From NCBI RefSeq assembly GCF_009914755.1, contig NC_060936.1: a stretch of DNA of 64,000 nt. One strand, given 5' to 3'. This DNA comes from the human T2T-CHM13v2.0 reference genome, Homo sapiens. Positions 42,970 to 57,690 of the stretch are shown in pieces (positions within the stretch are counted from its first letter, which is position 1; the number at the start of each line of letters is the position of its first letter). A program made the translations under genes and the position numbers. The notes beneath the pieces were generated by a model. That model did no database searches. It saw only the letters and a program-made list of their open reading frames with translations, and had not been told where the DNA came from.

Positions 42970-43487
42970 CTGAAAAGGGAGTAAGCTAAGGGATGATGTA
43001 GAGATAACAGTGCAGAACCAAACTATTAACAAGAAAGCCATTGTGGGAGTAAATATAATGGCTGAGAAACTCGGGATAAGGGCATCTCCCACAGCCTAAA
43101 CAAGCCCATTGCTAATTATGTCTGTGTCCCCAACCCCTCATGAGTATATAGAAGTGTGCTTGTAAATTGTTGTTAGTTGCTTTCCGGCAAGAGACTAATT
43201 TATTGGAAACCCCTTCTGGAACAAGTTTTACGTAGTACCTTTTCCCCTTCTTTCTTCTGCTTTAGGTATTCTAGACAGACCTTGAAACCTCTGAGGAGTG
43301 TTTGAATCCTACTTATTTCTCCCTCCCCTGGAACAGATGCTGGCCTAGGTCTATATAAATCCAGGATGTATATAAGCTCACAAAGATCTAAACATAATCA
43401 TGGAGTTCACAGTTATCCTAGAGCTTAAAAATGTAGTCAGAGGGCTGTACCCCTGAAAATTCTGAAAGACTGATATTTTCTGTAGGT

Positions 43488-43790
43488 TTATTTTTATTTT
43501 TATTTTATTTATTTATTTATTTTTGAGACACAGTTTTATTCTTGTCAGTGGCGCTATCTCGACTCACTGCAAAGTCTGCCGCCTGGGTTCAAGCGATTGT
43601 CCTGCCTCAGCCTCCCAAGTATCAGGGATTACAGGTGCCCAACACCACTCCCGGCTAATGTTTGTATTTTTAGTAGAGACAGGGTTTCACCACTTTGGCC
43701 AGGCTTGTCTCCATCTCCTGACCTCAAGTGATCTGCCCACCCTGGCCTCCCAAAGTGCTGGGATTACAGGCTTGAGCCACCGCGCCAGGC
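43488..43790 (-). mobile_element. AluS
   Basis: Antisense Alu with (TTTA)n tail. Confidence 0.9.
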
Positions 43791-44889
43791 CTGTTGTACT
43801 TTTTAATACACTAGCCTTCTGGGAAAATTTTATTTTAAAAGTCTTGTATCTTGTAAAAATGAGGATTTCATTGAATGTCTTTAAGTCCAAACATCTGGAG
43901 CTTCTCTGGCTGGAGAAATGAATGGGAGAGGTAACATTCACCAGCTCGTTCATTCAACACGTTTGTTTCCATGGGAGACAACATGTAAGAGCATGGATTT
44001 CTTTGAAATCTCACAAGGCTGCATCCCAATTTCATATCACCCTGGCAAGTACCATCCCTGATCTCTGAGACTCAGATTTTACTTGTAGTGATAGCATTAT
44101 CTCACAATAATCCTTTCCTTTTTATATTATTATTATCCACTTTTATGTATAGAAAAAAATAAGGTTCAAAAGAAACCACTCAGTGATGGTTTTAGGGAGG
44201 AAGTTAGAATTGAGTTCTGTCTTGACTGATAAATAGAATAAAAAGAAAAGGCTTGCCAGAACTGCACATTATGAGCCAGAGCCCAAAGATAAAAGCCAAG
44301 AAAGTATGTTGGGGCCGTTAGACCACCCTTGCTGGCACAGAGAGCTCGTCTAGAAGAGGAGATCTCAGCATTTAATATGTATGAGAATTATTTGGAGAGA
44401 GTAAATTTCATTTTTAATAAGTACCCATTTGTTTTATTGTTGTGTACATGACCTAAGAAGCATACCTTAAGAAAGAATAGTGATAATAACAGGAAATAAG
44501 AATGGAATATAGATGATGGAACTCTTGAATATCAGACTAAGGAGTTTGGACTCAATCCCAAAGATGAAGTGAAATCTACTAAATATTTCTGAACAGGAGA
44601 GTGACATATGCCAGGCATTTATTTTTAAACATGGCAACTCCTGTGCGGTACCTCTATTTTTCAGAGATGATATGGTCTGAAACTTTCTGAGCACAAAGAA
44701 AAGAGCTGAAGTTAGTATTTTCTCAGACTCATGGTCAAATCTAGCTTCTCTAAATCTCTGGTTACCTTAAAACGTGTTTACAAAGTGCCTAAAACCGAAT
44801 TAAAAATTGAATAGATCTTGATGCTGTGAACACTTGGAGACAGGAGACATAATTAAAATGTTACTTTTCAAGTAACTATTTCCTCATAA

Positions 44890-45380
<491 letters not shown>

Positions 45381-45699
45381 ACATTTCTTCTTTTTCTTTT
45401 TATTTTTTCTAATTTGAAGAGGTCTTTATCAAGCACAGACAGTGACAGTCTTTTTGATTTATCTTGTGGATATAGACATTATGTTCAGAGCTTGAAATTC
45501 ACACCCAAGAAAAATGTCAGGCATGATTAAAAGCAATAATAGTCTCCACAAGCCACTCATGAATACCAATCTTATGACTTAAAGAATCCCTTTATAAAAT
45601 GCTATGAAAAATACATATGAGGAAAAATATTTATTATATGTTTCTTGACCACTCAAAGAAACACAATATATAATACTACAATATTGTACTTCTTTATTC

Positions 45700-46693
45700 A
45701 TGAAATTTAAAAGTGATGGTGCTTCAATTCTGACAGAAAAGCCTAAACATACATGGTAACTGAGTTACTCATATCACATTTAAGTCATTTTAACCCTAGT
45801 TAGAGCACGTAAAGCCCCCACTGATCTCTTCTATATGAGGCTCTTGGTTAATTTGGACCTCACTCCTCATTTCTTGATTTAGTTTCTTTCCATAATAAGT
45901 CCCAGAACAATGCTGCTGGGTCATGTGCCTTGATGTTAAATTGATGATCACCATAGGTCAAAAGCCCGTCGAAGAAAGCAAGCAAATTTTGCTGATGAAG
46001 TCACATAAGTTGATGAAATCCATAAAGCCAGCTGTTCTTCTAGTCAAGTCAACCAAAATTTCCTTCAGAGTGACCCTCAATTTTTTTATCCTATGGTATT
46101 GCTGGCAGCCCAAGTTTTGTGCTTTGGTGTGTGTTTATAAAGCTTCCTGTGTGAATTTAAGGAAAATTTTGGAGAAATGAACTTAATAAGGTATTGATTA
46201 TGTGGATGAAGTCTATATGGTTTCATAAGAAAATTCTTGACTGAAATGAAAATCTTTGTTCCTTCATTACTTGTTTTTATGTCCTCATATTTGCCTGTTA
46301 GTATCAAGATTTCATATCTTTCTTTTTTCGACCTTCCCACAAACCAGTAAAAACTGCTTTGCTACACAAGAAAGAAAAAGGGACCAAGAGTAAAGCCAGA
46401 TGCACAAACATTGAGCACACACTCATGAGCTGTCTTTGGTCTTATCTCTACAGAATATACTTTTCTAAATGTTTCAAAGACTGCATAATAGCATCCCACA
46501 CATACATCGATGTTCAATATTTGAGGATGATGTTTCCATCACAGCTAGGAGAGTGACAGGCAGAACTTTCAACAGTAGTTTGTCCAATCCAAAATTGATA
46601 TAAATTGTACAATTTGTAAAGATATTTTGGAAGAATGCCCAGTGGACTAGTGAGATTTCACTCCACTTAACTCTTAACCTCAACTCTCTTTAC
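45700..46693 (-). pseudogene. Module Y large exon(s): S5, pore, S6, C-linker, CNBD
   Basis: tctacag| acceptor at 46694; LRVK..ISLVHW (S5), LKY*TSMYVW (pore helix), EIRPKTAHEC (DI.P.T..E), KEILVDLTRR..FINLCDFISKICLL (C-linker), SEVQI..IEEISGGF (CNBD); several frameshifts; low-coordinate end approximate. Confidence 0.6.
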
Positions 46694-46849
46694 CTGTAGA
46701 ATTTAATGTAGTGTCAGTTTGAAAATGGAATGGAATTCTTATTTTCTTTCAGAAAGAGAAATATTGTGACTCTTAAACCCACCTAATTTTAGAAATATAA
46801 AGTTATTCAGCCTACAGGGAGACTAGAAGAGTCCAGAGATGGATCATAC

Positions 46850-47092
46850 GGTATTTCCTGCCTTTTTTTCTTCAGAATAATTTAAACTTGTGGATATTGC
46901 ACCTGGAAATGCTTTTCCCACTAAGCAGTCTGAAAAGACCATGAAGTTGGTATTACCAATTTGCTGGCGGACTCTGAACTGAAGTGGCATTTCACACATA
47001 ATGTAACAGTCTTTCCTTAATTCAAAACCTCCAAGCAGGGTTGGCAATAGGCCAACACATCTGCTACATATCCCTGTGTATATCATCACCAT
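46850..47092 (-). pseudogene. Module Y exon: S2-S3 linker to S4 (DGDDIHRD / GF..DCYIMCEMP / LHGLFRLL)
   Basis: ctatttag| acceptor, |gtatga donor, 243 nt; motifs distributed over shifted frames. Confidence 0.5.
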
Positions 47093-47695
47093 CTAAATAG
47101 AGATGCATTTTGAAACTTCAACATTTTAGAATAATTTTTTCTTCATTTCTTCTTTAGAGAATTTAAAATTATTTCTTTGTTATTTTATTTCCAGATTGTC
47201 AGACTGTAGCCTTTGCACAATTTGATATTTTTAATAATCATTAATAAAATATCTAGATAAAACATCTATATTGCTGTGCTTTGTTTCATGCACTATGAGA
47301 TGCTGAGAATGTTATGAAAAGATTTATTTTTAAAATGCTATATCAGAATGAAAATATCCTTTGAAGTCTAAAGTAAATTGTTTTGATTTTCTTTTCACAA
47401 CAGATTTTCTTCATGCTACATGAATTCCAGAGACTATCTTTTCTTTCTTGTGCTCAACAAATTATTTTTATGTGCCTCTAAAGTTTTGAAGTGGATCTTT
47501 TAACAATATGTTTAGATCCCCTCCTTCAAATCAATAGGAAAAAGACAGACAACTCATTAGAAAAATGGGCAAAAGACCTGAACAGACATTTCACAAAAGA
47601 GGATTTCCAAATGTCCAATAACCATAAACATAAAAATGTGCTTACATTAGCCATCAGGAAAAAAACGTGAATTAAAACTATAGTGAAATACCAGT

Positions 47696-48044
47696 TGATA
47701 TGGTTTGGCTCTGTGTCCCCACCCAAATCTCATCTTGCAGCTCCCATAATTCCCACATGTTATGGGAGGCACCTGGTGGGAGATGATTGAATTATGGGGG
47801 CAGGTCTTTCCCGTGCTGTTCCCATGATAGTGAATGGGTCTCATGAGATCTGATGGTTTTAAAAATGGGGGTTTCCCTGCATAAGTCTCTCTCTCTTGCC
47901 TACTGCCATGTAAGAAGTGCCTTTCACCTTCCACCATGATCATGAGGCCTCCCCAGCCACTGAGAGTCCAATAAATGTATTTCTTTTATAAATTGCACAG
48001 TCTTGGATATGTCTTTATCAGCAGCATGAAAACAGACTAATACA
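47696..48044 (+). mobile_element. THE1 solo LTR with 5-bp TSD ccagt
   Basis: tgatatggtttggctctgtgtcccc...actaataca. Confidence 0.92.
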
Positions 48045-48318
48045 CCAGTGTACAACTCATTAGTATGGCTAAAATGGACAAGACAGACAATACAAGTATT
48101 GCAATCATGTGGAGCAAACAGGACCTTCATATTGCTGATGGGAAAGTAAATAGGTACAGCCACTTTATAAAGCAGTCTGGCTGTTTTCTAAAGCTGGATA
48201 TGTGCATTCCCTATAACTCAACAAGATCCTAGCTGGGCATGTGCCGCCTAACAAAAATACCTTCATGTGTTCACCAAAATACAGGTAACAAAATGTTCTT
48301 AAAAGTACTATTTGTAGT

Positions 48319-48715
<397 letters not shown>

Positions 48716-49004
48716 TCAATAGTAGAATGAATAAGTTATAAACAATGGAATTCTACCAGCAATGGAATGAATAGTCTTCAACTACATGCGATATGGATGA
48801 ACCTCACAAAACAGTGAACACTATGATTCCATTTAAATAAAGCATAAGATTTGGCAAAATAGTCTATGATACTGGAAGGCATGAGTAAAGTGGAACACAA
48901 GGTAGTTTGTGGGGTTCCAGTAATGTACTGTTTCTTGTTCTAGGTGCTGCTTCAACTACCTGTACACCTAAGATTTATTTGTACGTTTCTGTGAGTATAT
49001 TCTT

Positions 49005-49335
49005 GTATTTGTCTGTTCTTGCTTTGTTATAAAGAAATGCCCAAGGCTGGGTAATGTATAAGAAAAGAGGTTTAATTAGTTCACTCTTCTGCAGGCTGTA
49101 CAGGAAGCATAGTGGCATCTGCTTCTGGAGAAGCCTCAGCAGGCTTACAATCATGACAGAAGTCCAAGCAGGAGCAGTCACCTCACATGATGAAAGCAGC
49201 GGGGAGAGGTGGGGGATGAAGGGAGGTACCACATACTTTTAAATGACTAGATCTCACAAGAACTCACTGACAAGAAGGCAGCATAAAGCAATGAGGGATT
49301 GGCTCCTATAATTCAACATGCAATTTGGGTATGGA
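49005..49335 (-). mobile_element. MST-type MaLR LTR
   Basis: tgtatttgtctgttc...aaactatatca. Confidence 0.85.
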
Positions 49336-50638
49336 CAAATATTTAAACTATATCAATTGTATTTCAATAATTTGTAAGTGCTCAGACTACTATTCCCATC
49401 AAGTCTTGTTCTAGGAATTTAACCATCAACTTAGGAAAATGGGCTTTAGACACAGAATACACTCCTAACAAGGACACTTGTACAAATCTCTTTTTTCTTG
49501 TTGGAACTCTCCACGTTCTTCAATGCCTGCTTTAAGTTTTCGACTTCTTTGTGAACTTAGGAACTTCTGGACCATGCCAGCCAAATGAGCTGCTCTCCCT
49601 TCTCCAAACTCAGGTCTTACTTTTAATCAGTACAGTTTGTTCAATCCTTAGTAAATTCTACACAAGCTATCTTCCCAATTAGATGCTAAGCTTTCTGAGA
49701 GCAGAAAGGACCAAGGTACTTTCCTACTTCTGAGTAACCATTCCCCTTCCCCATCACACCTGGCATGGTGCTTTGTAGTAAAAATAAAATATTTATTAGT
49801 GCTCAATAAATACATGGATGATTGGTGAATCACAATGAAGGCCTCTATTAATGTTGGGTGGTTAAGGAGGAGAGCTATAAACTCAATAATAAAGAAGGGA
49901 TGTAAAGAGATAATTAGAATCAGCCCCCACCGCTTTTAAAAAGGTGAATGTTTAAACTTGGGAGGACCAAGAATGCAGTTTATTCATTTTAATTACATCA
50001 TTTCAGAGAATTCAGTTCTTCCCATAGGCAAAGAAGAGCATATCCTGTGGCAAGGCCTTGAGAGGTTCTTGGGAATGTGTAGGGCATAGAATGCAGCCCA
50101 CAATCCCTACCGCCCAGTCTGCGGGTGGCAGAGATGAAGGGAGTGGCTTCACATGGAGTGTGTTCATCCATGGCAAATGGATTATAGCCTTTCTTTCTAA
50201 GCCACTCTAGCCAGATTATTTACTGAAGTATAGTCCTTAAGAAGATTAAGGCTAAATTATCAAGTAAAGCATGTATTCAGGAATTAAAGTCTGGTTGAAG
50301 TTACTCGCTTGCAAACTCTGGACATTATGATTAGGGGAAGCAGAGGCAGGAAACAAGATTGGAATCACAGAATCCCTTTAACAGGTAAATTTCCAAAGAG
50401 GAACTTCAGGGAAACAAACAAGATCAAGTGTTTAGCATCCAGGGCAATTAATACATGGTGGAAGCATCACATCAAGTTCCAACTCTGAAATCAAATCAAG
50501 CTTGACAAGTAGAGATGGAGGAGGAGGAAAGATGCAGTGGGAAGTTTGGAAAGGGTACAACATGAGGGCAGGTCAACAGATCTCTGGGCCTTAAACACGA
50601 GGATCTTCCTGTTCTGCCTGATCACAGCTCCAGCTCAC

Positions 50639-50729
50639 TTGCTCTGTTTCTTTCAAGCTCCCTACATTTCTTTACAATTAAAAGCCATCAATTCATGTGT
50701 ATCATATGAACCCAACCACTGTGCGAAAT
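50639..50729 (-). pseudogene. Module Y candidate S2 exon
   Basis: Strong acceptor tctctctattcttttag|, |gtgagc donor, 91 nt; protein match weak. Confidence 0.35.
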
Positions 50730-52262
50730 CTAAAAGAATAGAGAGAATTTTTTTTCTAGTTTCCTTGGCTAAGGAACATAATTCTTTCACCTTCCTGTGT
50801 TAAAAGAAAGAGCGAATTAATTTCAACATGATTTTGCACCTATTTCCTCACTGAACAAGCTGATAAAAGAACCTCATGTGTGTTGTTTTTTTCTTTCATG
50901 GGTGTTTCATTGATTAAAATTCACCTCCTATTCCACTAAAATTAAACCCAGGTCTCCGTACAATCTTTCTCATTTGCAGTTTTGCAAACATCCCACAGTG
51001 AACTACTTAGTGAGTACAAATGGAAAGCTGGAAGAGAGGGGGTGTGGGTTTATAAAGTGTCTCCTGGACTTTAGCCTCAGGCTACAATAAAATGTTAATG
51101 AAATGCATTAAAAAAACAGGGAAATAATAATTAACCATCTAGAACACCACTGATTCATTTAAAAAATTCTCCCCCTCCCCTGTCATTACACCTGTACAGG
51201 GAGAACAGGTCACATTGAGGCCATCTGGCAGCACTGCCTGAGGGTTATGGTCCAGGCAAACCAGGGAGAGCAAAGAACTCCAGAGGGAGCATGGATCATC
51301 TTCTGCTTGAGGTCAAATTTGGGGAAGTTATAGGAAACATATTGCACTGAACCCTGTCTTCAAATCCACGTTTAAATGCCTCCTGAATACTTCTCATTTT
51401 CATTTTGAAGATGCTACAGCAACAGAGACTCTACTGAAGATGTGGTGTAGAGGATTTACTCCTTGGTAATCTTCCAAAATAATGGATGCTAGTTCATGAT
51501 TATTCTATTTTTTCCATAAATGTGCATTTCTATGTTTATTCCCTATCTGTCACCACACTGGATGCAATCAGATTTGTCATCTTTTGAGAAAATGATTTTT
51601 GAAATAGTTTTATGTGAGGTCAAGGAATGAAATGAATTATTTTTGTAGTGGAGATGAGAAGAGTAGGATGTTCTCTCAAAGGCACCCGTACCCTGGTCTG
51701 TCACATTCACGGGCCTTAAATTCCACAGAAATCTTCATACAGCAGAGCAACATTTGTTTTCTGAACCACAGGAGAAGAAATTCTAAAAATAAAAACCTGT
51801 CTCCAGGGACGCAAAGTACTGGTAAAGCAACACGGCAACATGCATAATGCAAAAAAAACAGGTCAAATTTAGTGATGGATGAACATCAAACGATTTCTAG
51901 CTCTGTTTCAATTTAGATACTTATTCAAAGCATGTCGAAATGATAGAAACCTCGTGGGTCTACATAATTGAGCTAAAAAAACTTTCTTGAGCATTTTTCC
52001 TCACAGCATTCCCTCTCTGTCTCTCTTTCTTTTTCTACCCCTCTGTTATTTCTTTTTCCTTTCCCCCTCTTTGCTTCTTTGCATAAAATCTGGAATGTGA
52101 AAGTTAAGAACTACACAAATATAGAAACAAGCATTGTGAAATTTATACATATGGTTCTGTTGGTTAGACTAACATGGAATTCTGTTTTTGTTCAGTCCAC
52201 TTTTTCCTACTCAATTGTATTAAACCTGCTTCTCTTTGGGCTGTGCAGGATGAGGTGTTTAC

Positions 52263-52421
52263 CTGACAAAAAATCCCCATTGTCTTCAAAGAATACTTTA
52301 TGGATAACAAAAAAATATAATGCCACCATCTTGGAAATAGAGGTAACTTCCTTTCAAATTTTTCAAGTTATTTGTTTTTCCAATACTTCAATAATGTATA
52401 CAGGGATACATAGTTTCATCC
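52263..52421 (-). pseudogene. Module Y exon: pre-S1/S1 (LCIPVYII...IT*KI*KEVTSISKMVALYFFVIHKVFF)
   Basis: actcttatcag| acceptor, CAG|gtaaac donor, 159 nt, phase 1-1; TGA at Trp-like positions (KIW). Confidence 0.55.
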
Positions 52422-53669
52422 CTGATAAGAGTAATGTAAAGGACAGGAAACTGAGAATCAACAGGCCTCCTCGAGATTCCAGTTTTGCCACTTAATCTCT
52501 TACGAGTAAAGTTTTCTTGTCAATAAATTTGGAAGAATATTAACCATCAATGCCCTTAAAATACAATAAAAAGGACTAGTTATACCTGAAGGTACTGAAG
52601 AAGGCTGCCACGTCAAGTCTAAGTATAAAGAGAAATGACAAAACAGAGAGGCTCAAGGATTTGCCCCAGAATCATAGTCACTGTGAAGATCTAGACAAAA
52701 GTCACAAAAATTTTGGAGTTCTAATCCTGTGGTCGCGCCCAACTCCTCATGTCAATATTCTGAAATGTGTCATATAAAATTCTTACGCAATAACACTTCA
52801 CTTACAAAAAACCCTGCTTATTAGCAACAGATTCAGAAGGAAGGACGGTAAAGGGAAAACAAAAGACAGCCTCTGAACAATCTAAAACAAGGACTCAAAT
52901 TTCATGCACTTTTTCCAGTTTGAACCGCTGAAGCCTTCCCTAAGACTGTTTACTTTTCCTTATATAGAAATTTAACAACACTAATAATATTGTTGCCAAC
53001 CCATAATAAGTTAGAAAAAAAGAAAGGGCCCACTAGACAAAGACAACTTATAAAAGACATTTATTGATGTGTGGGACAAAGTCGAGGTTCTATTGATGTG
53101 TGGGGCAAAGCTGAGGTTCGGATATACCTTGTATAAATGTAAGTGATCTTATCACTGGTTTTTAGCAGAATCCCAAGATTTTCATTGTCTAAAAATATGT
53201 CATGAGAACGAGGTCTCAGTACATAATTGGAGATAGGATATATGCAGTCATGTTAGAGCAGAGAGGTGTGGCCACAGATTTCAAGTTATATAGGGCTCTT
53301 GAATAAAAAATTGCCATGATTTTAGAAAGAGGTTCAGACACAGAACATTCTGTTCATAAGAAGCAGTTGTTCTGGGGTAGAACATGAAGGCTGCACTCAC
53401 ATTTCCCCATCCATCCCTGAAATGTTATAAATTCAGGAGCCCTAGCAACTCTGCTGTAGAAATACCTACTCAATCCAAACAAGAGATGGATACTAGCCAA
53501 AAAGAGAAAGTTAAGACCCTGAGACCCAGTCTCATGTATCTGCAAGGAACGTAAAGCAGTTAATAGTGGAAAGAGCATCCCAAGGAGATTTGAAGTCACA
53601 GATGGATGAGCTTCACCACATCAAAGTCGCTAAGGAAAATGCAAGACCACAGAGGAACTGATGCTCCGT

Positions 53670-54130
53670 TACCTCCCTAATCTCATCTCCTACTGGTGTC
53701 TCTTAGTCTGGCCTACCTAACTTCCTTGCAATTCTTAAACAACGCCCTGTCCCTGTAGGGTCTTTACACCGTACGGTTCGTCTGCCTCAGGTATCCACAT
53801 GAATAACTCGCTCATTTCCTCTAAGTCTCATTTCAGGTATCGCTTTGTCAATGAGTATTACTATAAGCATTGTGTTTCAGATTGCAACCTCCCTCCCCAA
53901 CATCCCTGATTCCTATTACCCTTCTGAATGTTTTTCATAGCACATAATGCTTTCTATAGGCAATGTATTATGTATTATGTTTCTTATTACTTATGACAGT
54001 TATATTATTGTCTGCTTCCCCCCAGTGCTCCAGGAGAGCAGGAACTTTTGTCTGTTTTGTTTACTGCTGCAGCCTAAGGCCATAGAAGAATGTGTGGCAA
54101 ATAGTAGGTGTTCAATAAATATTGATTATT
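53670..54130 (-). mobile_element. L2 3' fragment
   Basis: L2-like end: tagtaggtgttcaataaatatt. Confidence 0.6.
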
Positions 54131-54366
54131 TTGATGGTAAAATAAATCAGCAGAACTGTGGAGGAAGCACAGGCAATGAGTATATCCATAGTAGGCAACA
54201 GACATGATAGACAGTGGGAAGAGCTGCAGCTGAGGGATGATAGAAGCTGGAAGGGGTATGAATGATGTGTAGGACAATCCTCCCAGAAAGGAAAGAGCCG
54301 AGATTCTGTCACTTGACAAGTGGGGCTACGGATTCAGCAGACTTAGATACAAATGTTTAGGATGAC

Positions 54367-54503
54367 CTTATTTAAGATCTACTGATCTGTGGGACCCAGG
54401 AGATGTTCAGGTTACAGGTGAAAATATCCCGATGCATCTCAAAAATGTCAGAGGTCATTGCCTCCTATAAATGGACTTTCAAAGAACATGTTCCTGATGC
54501 TAC
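54367..54503 (-). pseudogene. Module X exon: CNBD C-terminal part (GSIRNMFFESP/EAMTSDIFEMHRDIF)
   Basis: tctcaag| acceptor; resembles A.T.CDLF.L.R.DF; one frameshift; weak donor. Confidence 0.45.
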
Positions 54504-54929
54504 CTTGAGACATCAAAAAAGATTTATCATGCTTAATATGCTTTGGGAAATCTATGAAATCTCTAGGACTATTTCCATCAAAGGTATTTAAAATATAAAG
54601 ACAGTAAGGCTAGGTTTCCATTATCTGGGAACCTGTCTTCTGTAAACAACCTCAACCCTAGACAATGGAGCAGTGGCAATGCAAAACCACAGGCTTGATT
54701 CTCTGTCCCAGTCACACCAGGGATGTTGTCTCTTGATTTGAGGTAAACAGGAGGATGGGGTCAGAGCTGAACATCAGCACAAGAAATGGATCCCGTGATT
54801 AATCACATTAAGGTCAGGGAGATCTAGAACAAAGTTCCCAGAAAAGAAGATACACTTAACAATCAGTGGGTGGACCCAGGAAGCATGAAACAAAGATAAA
54901 AGCTCAACTCTAAAATATTGTTAGGAAAC

Positions 54930-55970
54930 TGTAATGCTAAGGACAAAAAGAACTTTACATATAAACATTGTATTCTTATAACTTCTAATGGCCTAAGCTG
55001 TAACAATTTGAGCAACACAGTAAATAATGATAGAACTGGCTAATAAGCCAAAGCATAGAACAATATCTATAAGTTTGTACTAATAGAAGTCATTGATTAA
55101 ATAAATGAGGACAAATATTTTTTATTAAAGAATTCCAAATAATAAATGTAGAAGGAATTAGGAAAATAGAAAATCACCATAAGAACGCCACAGTAATAAT
55201 TGCTGCAGGCAAGATCCATGAATGAATGCTAAAATTAGTGACTAAAACTTTTAGGGGAAAAATGATGTTTGAATAGACTCAATACATCTCCCACAAAATA
55301 TATACTAAACACTCATCATTTTAACACATGTCCACAAATTCTTTGGTACTCCAGGAGAAGGAATTTGATATCTCTCCCCTTGAATGTGGGCTGAACTTAG
55401 TGACTTGCTTCCTAAGAGTATGGAAAGGGGAAAAAAATAAGAAATCAGGAAAAACTCTATTTAACAAAGTGATAATCACCAGTTAACATCACCAGTGATA
55501 AGCCATGCTGCTATCCTGTATTCCCTGATATGAAAAGAGCACTTCATTCCCGTGGTCTTCTTCCCCAAAATACATTACGGTAGTCCAATCATGAGAACAT
55601 ATCAAACCAACTCAAATTGAGGGTGTTTTACAGAAAACTCTTCAAAAGTATCAAGGTCATGAAAAGCAAGGAAAGACTGAGGAGCTGTCACAGATAAGAA
55701 GAAATTAAGAAGACATGCGTACCAAATGCAATGCAATTTCCTGGGTTGGATCCTGAACAGAAAAAGGACATTAGTGGAAAAACTGGCAAAATCCAAATAA
55801 GGTCCATAGTTTCCTTAACAGCCTTGCATCAATGCTAGATTTTTAGTTTTGATAAATGAGTCATAGTTATATAAGATAATAACATTAGGGGAAGCCAGGT
55901 GAAGGGTGTGTAGGAACTTTCTATGCTACTTGAAACCTTTCTGTAAATCTAAAATAATTCCAAAATTTTA
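54930..55970 (+). mobile_element. Old L1MC/ME 3' UTR
   Basis: ttggatcctgaacagaaaaaggacattagtgg...ttctgtaaatctaaaa. Confidence 0.7.
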
Positions 55971-56310
55971 TATATATATATGTATTTACCTATAAATTTT
56001 ATAAAATTTTAGAATGATATTATATATAAAAAGTTTATTACATACAAAATAGGATTAAAATAACTACCAGGATAAAAAATAAAAATAATATATGTAGGAA
56101 AAAATACACAGATTCAACTTTAACATAAAACTGAAATTGAGAAAACTCAGATGATTCTCAGGCCTTTGGCTTCTTGTTGCCAATACCATTGTCTTCAACA
56201 AAGGCAGGAACAAGTTAAGAAGAGGGTCATTGGCCTACTGAATTTTTATATGAATACAAAATTGAGAGGAGTCAACATCTAATTGATCTAAAACTAGAAT
56301 GTTCTGTTAC

Positions 56311-56489
56311 CCAGCTCATTGCAATTGAGTATTTGTCACTTAAAAGAATGGAAATTAAAAAAATAATTTAAAAAAACCATGATTTTCTCATCCACTTCTA
56401 AAGATTTGGGGAAGCTTAAACAAGATTATGTAAATCAAAGGACTTGGCAAAATATACAGAAGGTGGTCCTACAGGGTCCTCTGCATCTT
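56311..56489 (-). pseudogene. Module X exon: CNBD N-terminal part (EDAEDP.../IFRSG*ENHG...QILN)
   Basis: catctctttag| acceptor, G|gtaaca donor; frameshifted, with stops. Confidence 0.4.
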
Positions 56490-56853
56490 CTAAAGAGATG
56501 AAATTATAAACTACATACTTTGGAAAGTTAATGTATTCTAGCAGCTGGCATGCTATGGGATTATAAGAAAGGTTCCCATAATAAGAATATGTAATTAACA
56601 TAATAAGAATATGTAATTAAATACAAACCCTTCCTCCTCCATTATATCTGAAAACTGAAAGCTTTCTATAGTGGACTTTAAGTAGACTGGAAGGATACAG
56701 AGTTACAAGTAAATTCACTTCATTTCTCGGGATATCATTATCTCAATACACAGCTAACAAAATGAAAACACTCTTGATTGTCTCACCTGTAAAATAAAGA
56801 AATATGTAGATAATCTCCCAAAGCCTTTCCAGTTTAAAAGCTTTTTATGATAC

Positions 56854-56946
56854 CTATAGTCTTCCAAGAAGAGAGAACTCAAGTTAATGCTTTGCATGAT
56901 TACAGTTGGGGCATTGGGAAATAAATCCATGCTATCTGTAAGGTTG
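56854..56946 (-). pseudogene. Module X exon: C-linker C'-E' (NLTDSMDLFPNAPTVIMQSINLSSLFLEDYR)
   Basis: tctacag| acceptor, AG|gtatc donor, 93 nt, phase 2-2, LF..AP....I motif. Confidence 0.6.
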
Positions 56947-57539
56947 CTGTAGATTTCAATGCATGTCACATGAAAAAAAGTACAGCCTTTATAGTGAACA
57001 TCCTTACTATGAACACACCCTGAGGAGATTCTGGACCCAGTAATCTCTCTAATTGCAAATTGCAGTTTCCTGCCTAGGTTCTTTGTGTTCCATTATCCAC
57101 GCCGCTCAATCTCTAACCACCAGTAATCCAACCAACCAATGAACCATAATAAAAAATGGCACTACATTTATTCCTGTCTCAGACATTACAGTGTATGGCA
57201 ATTTATGTTTTCTTTACATTAAGGCCTCTGAATCAAGGTGAAAATAAACCTCATTAATTGTTTTCAGGCATATAGATTTGCCTGACTTCAAGTAGGCAAA
57301 ATAAAAGAAATAAAGTATTTTTTTCCAACTTTGACCAATTCATAGGAAAGGAACTTATAAATCTAGTCCAAATAAATCTGTTACATATCAGTCCAGAATA
57401 ATTACCCAAGCCCAGCTCAAACTCAGTTCAATTGACCATCTAGGGCCAATGTTTTTATCTCTGTGATGTTTACATAAATCTCATAATAATCATCATTCAG
57501 GGTTTGGCTTGAGGGCTGCTGAGAGAATAATACTATTTT

Positions 57540-57690
57540 TTTAATTTTTTTTTTTGTTGTTGTTGTGGGGAGGGCGATGGAGTATTGCTTTGTCACCCAG
57601 GCTGAATTCAAACTTCTGGGCTCCAGCAATCCTCTTGACTCAGTCCCCCAAGTAAATTGGAACTAAAGACCTGGATCACCACTCCTAGCT
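57540..57690 (-). mobile_element. Degenerate Alu monomer
   Basis: gtcacccaggctg...gcaatcctcttgactcag. Confidence 0.65.

Noticed and set aside
51350-51580. Possible extra minus-strand exon (acceptor near 51581; FRRHLNVDLK)
   Set aside because: Does not fit the module Y order and has no consistent frame
53400-53495. AG/GT-bounded minus-strand segment between modules X and Y
   Set aside because: Could be a linker exon but has no motif support
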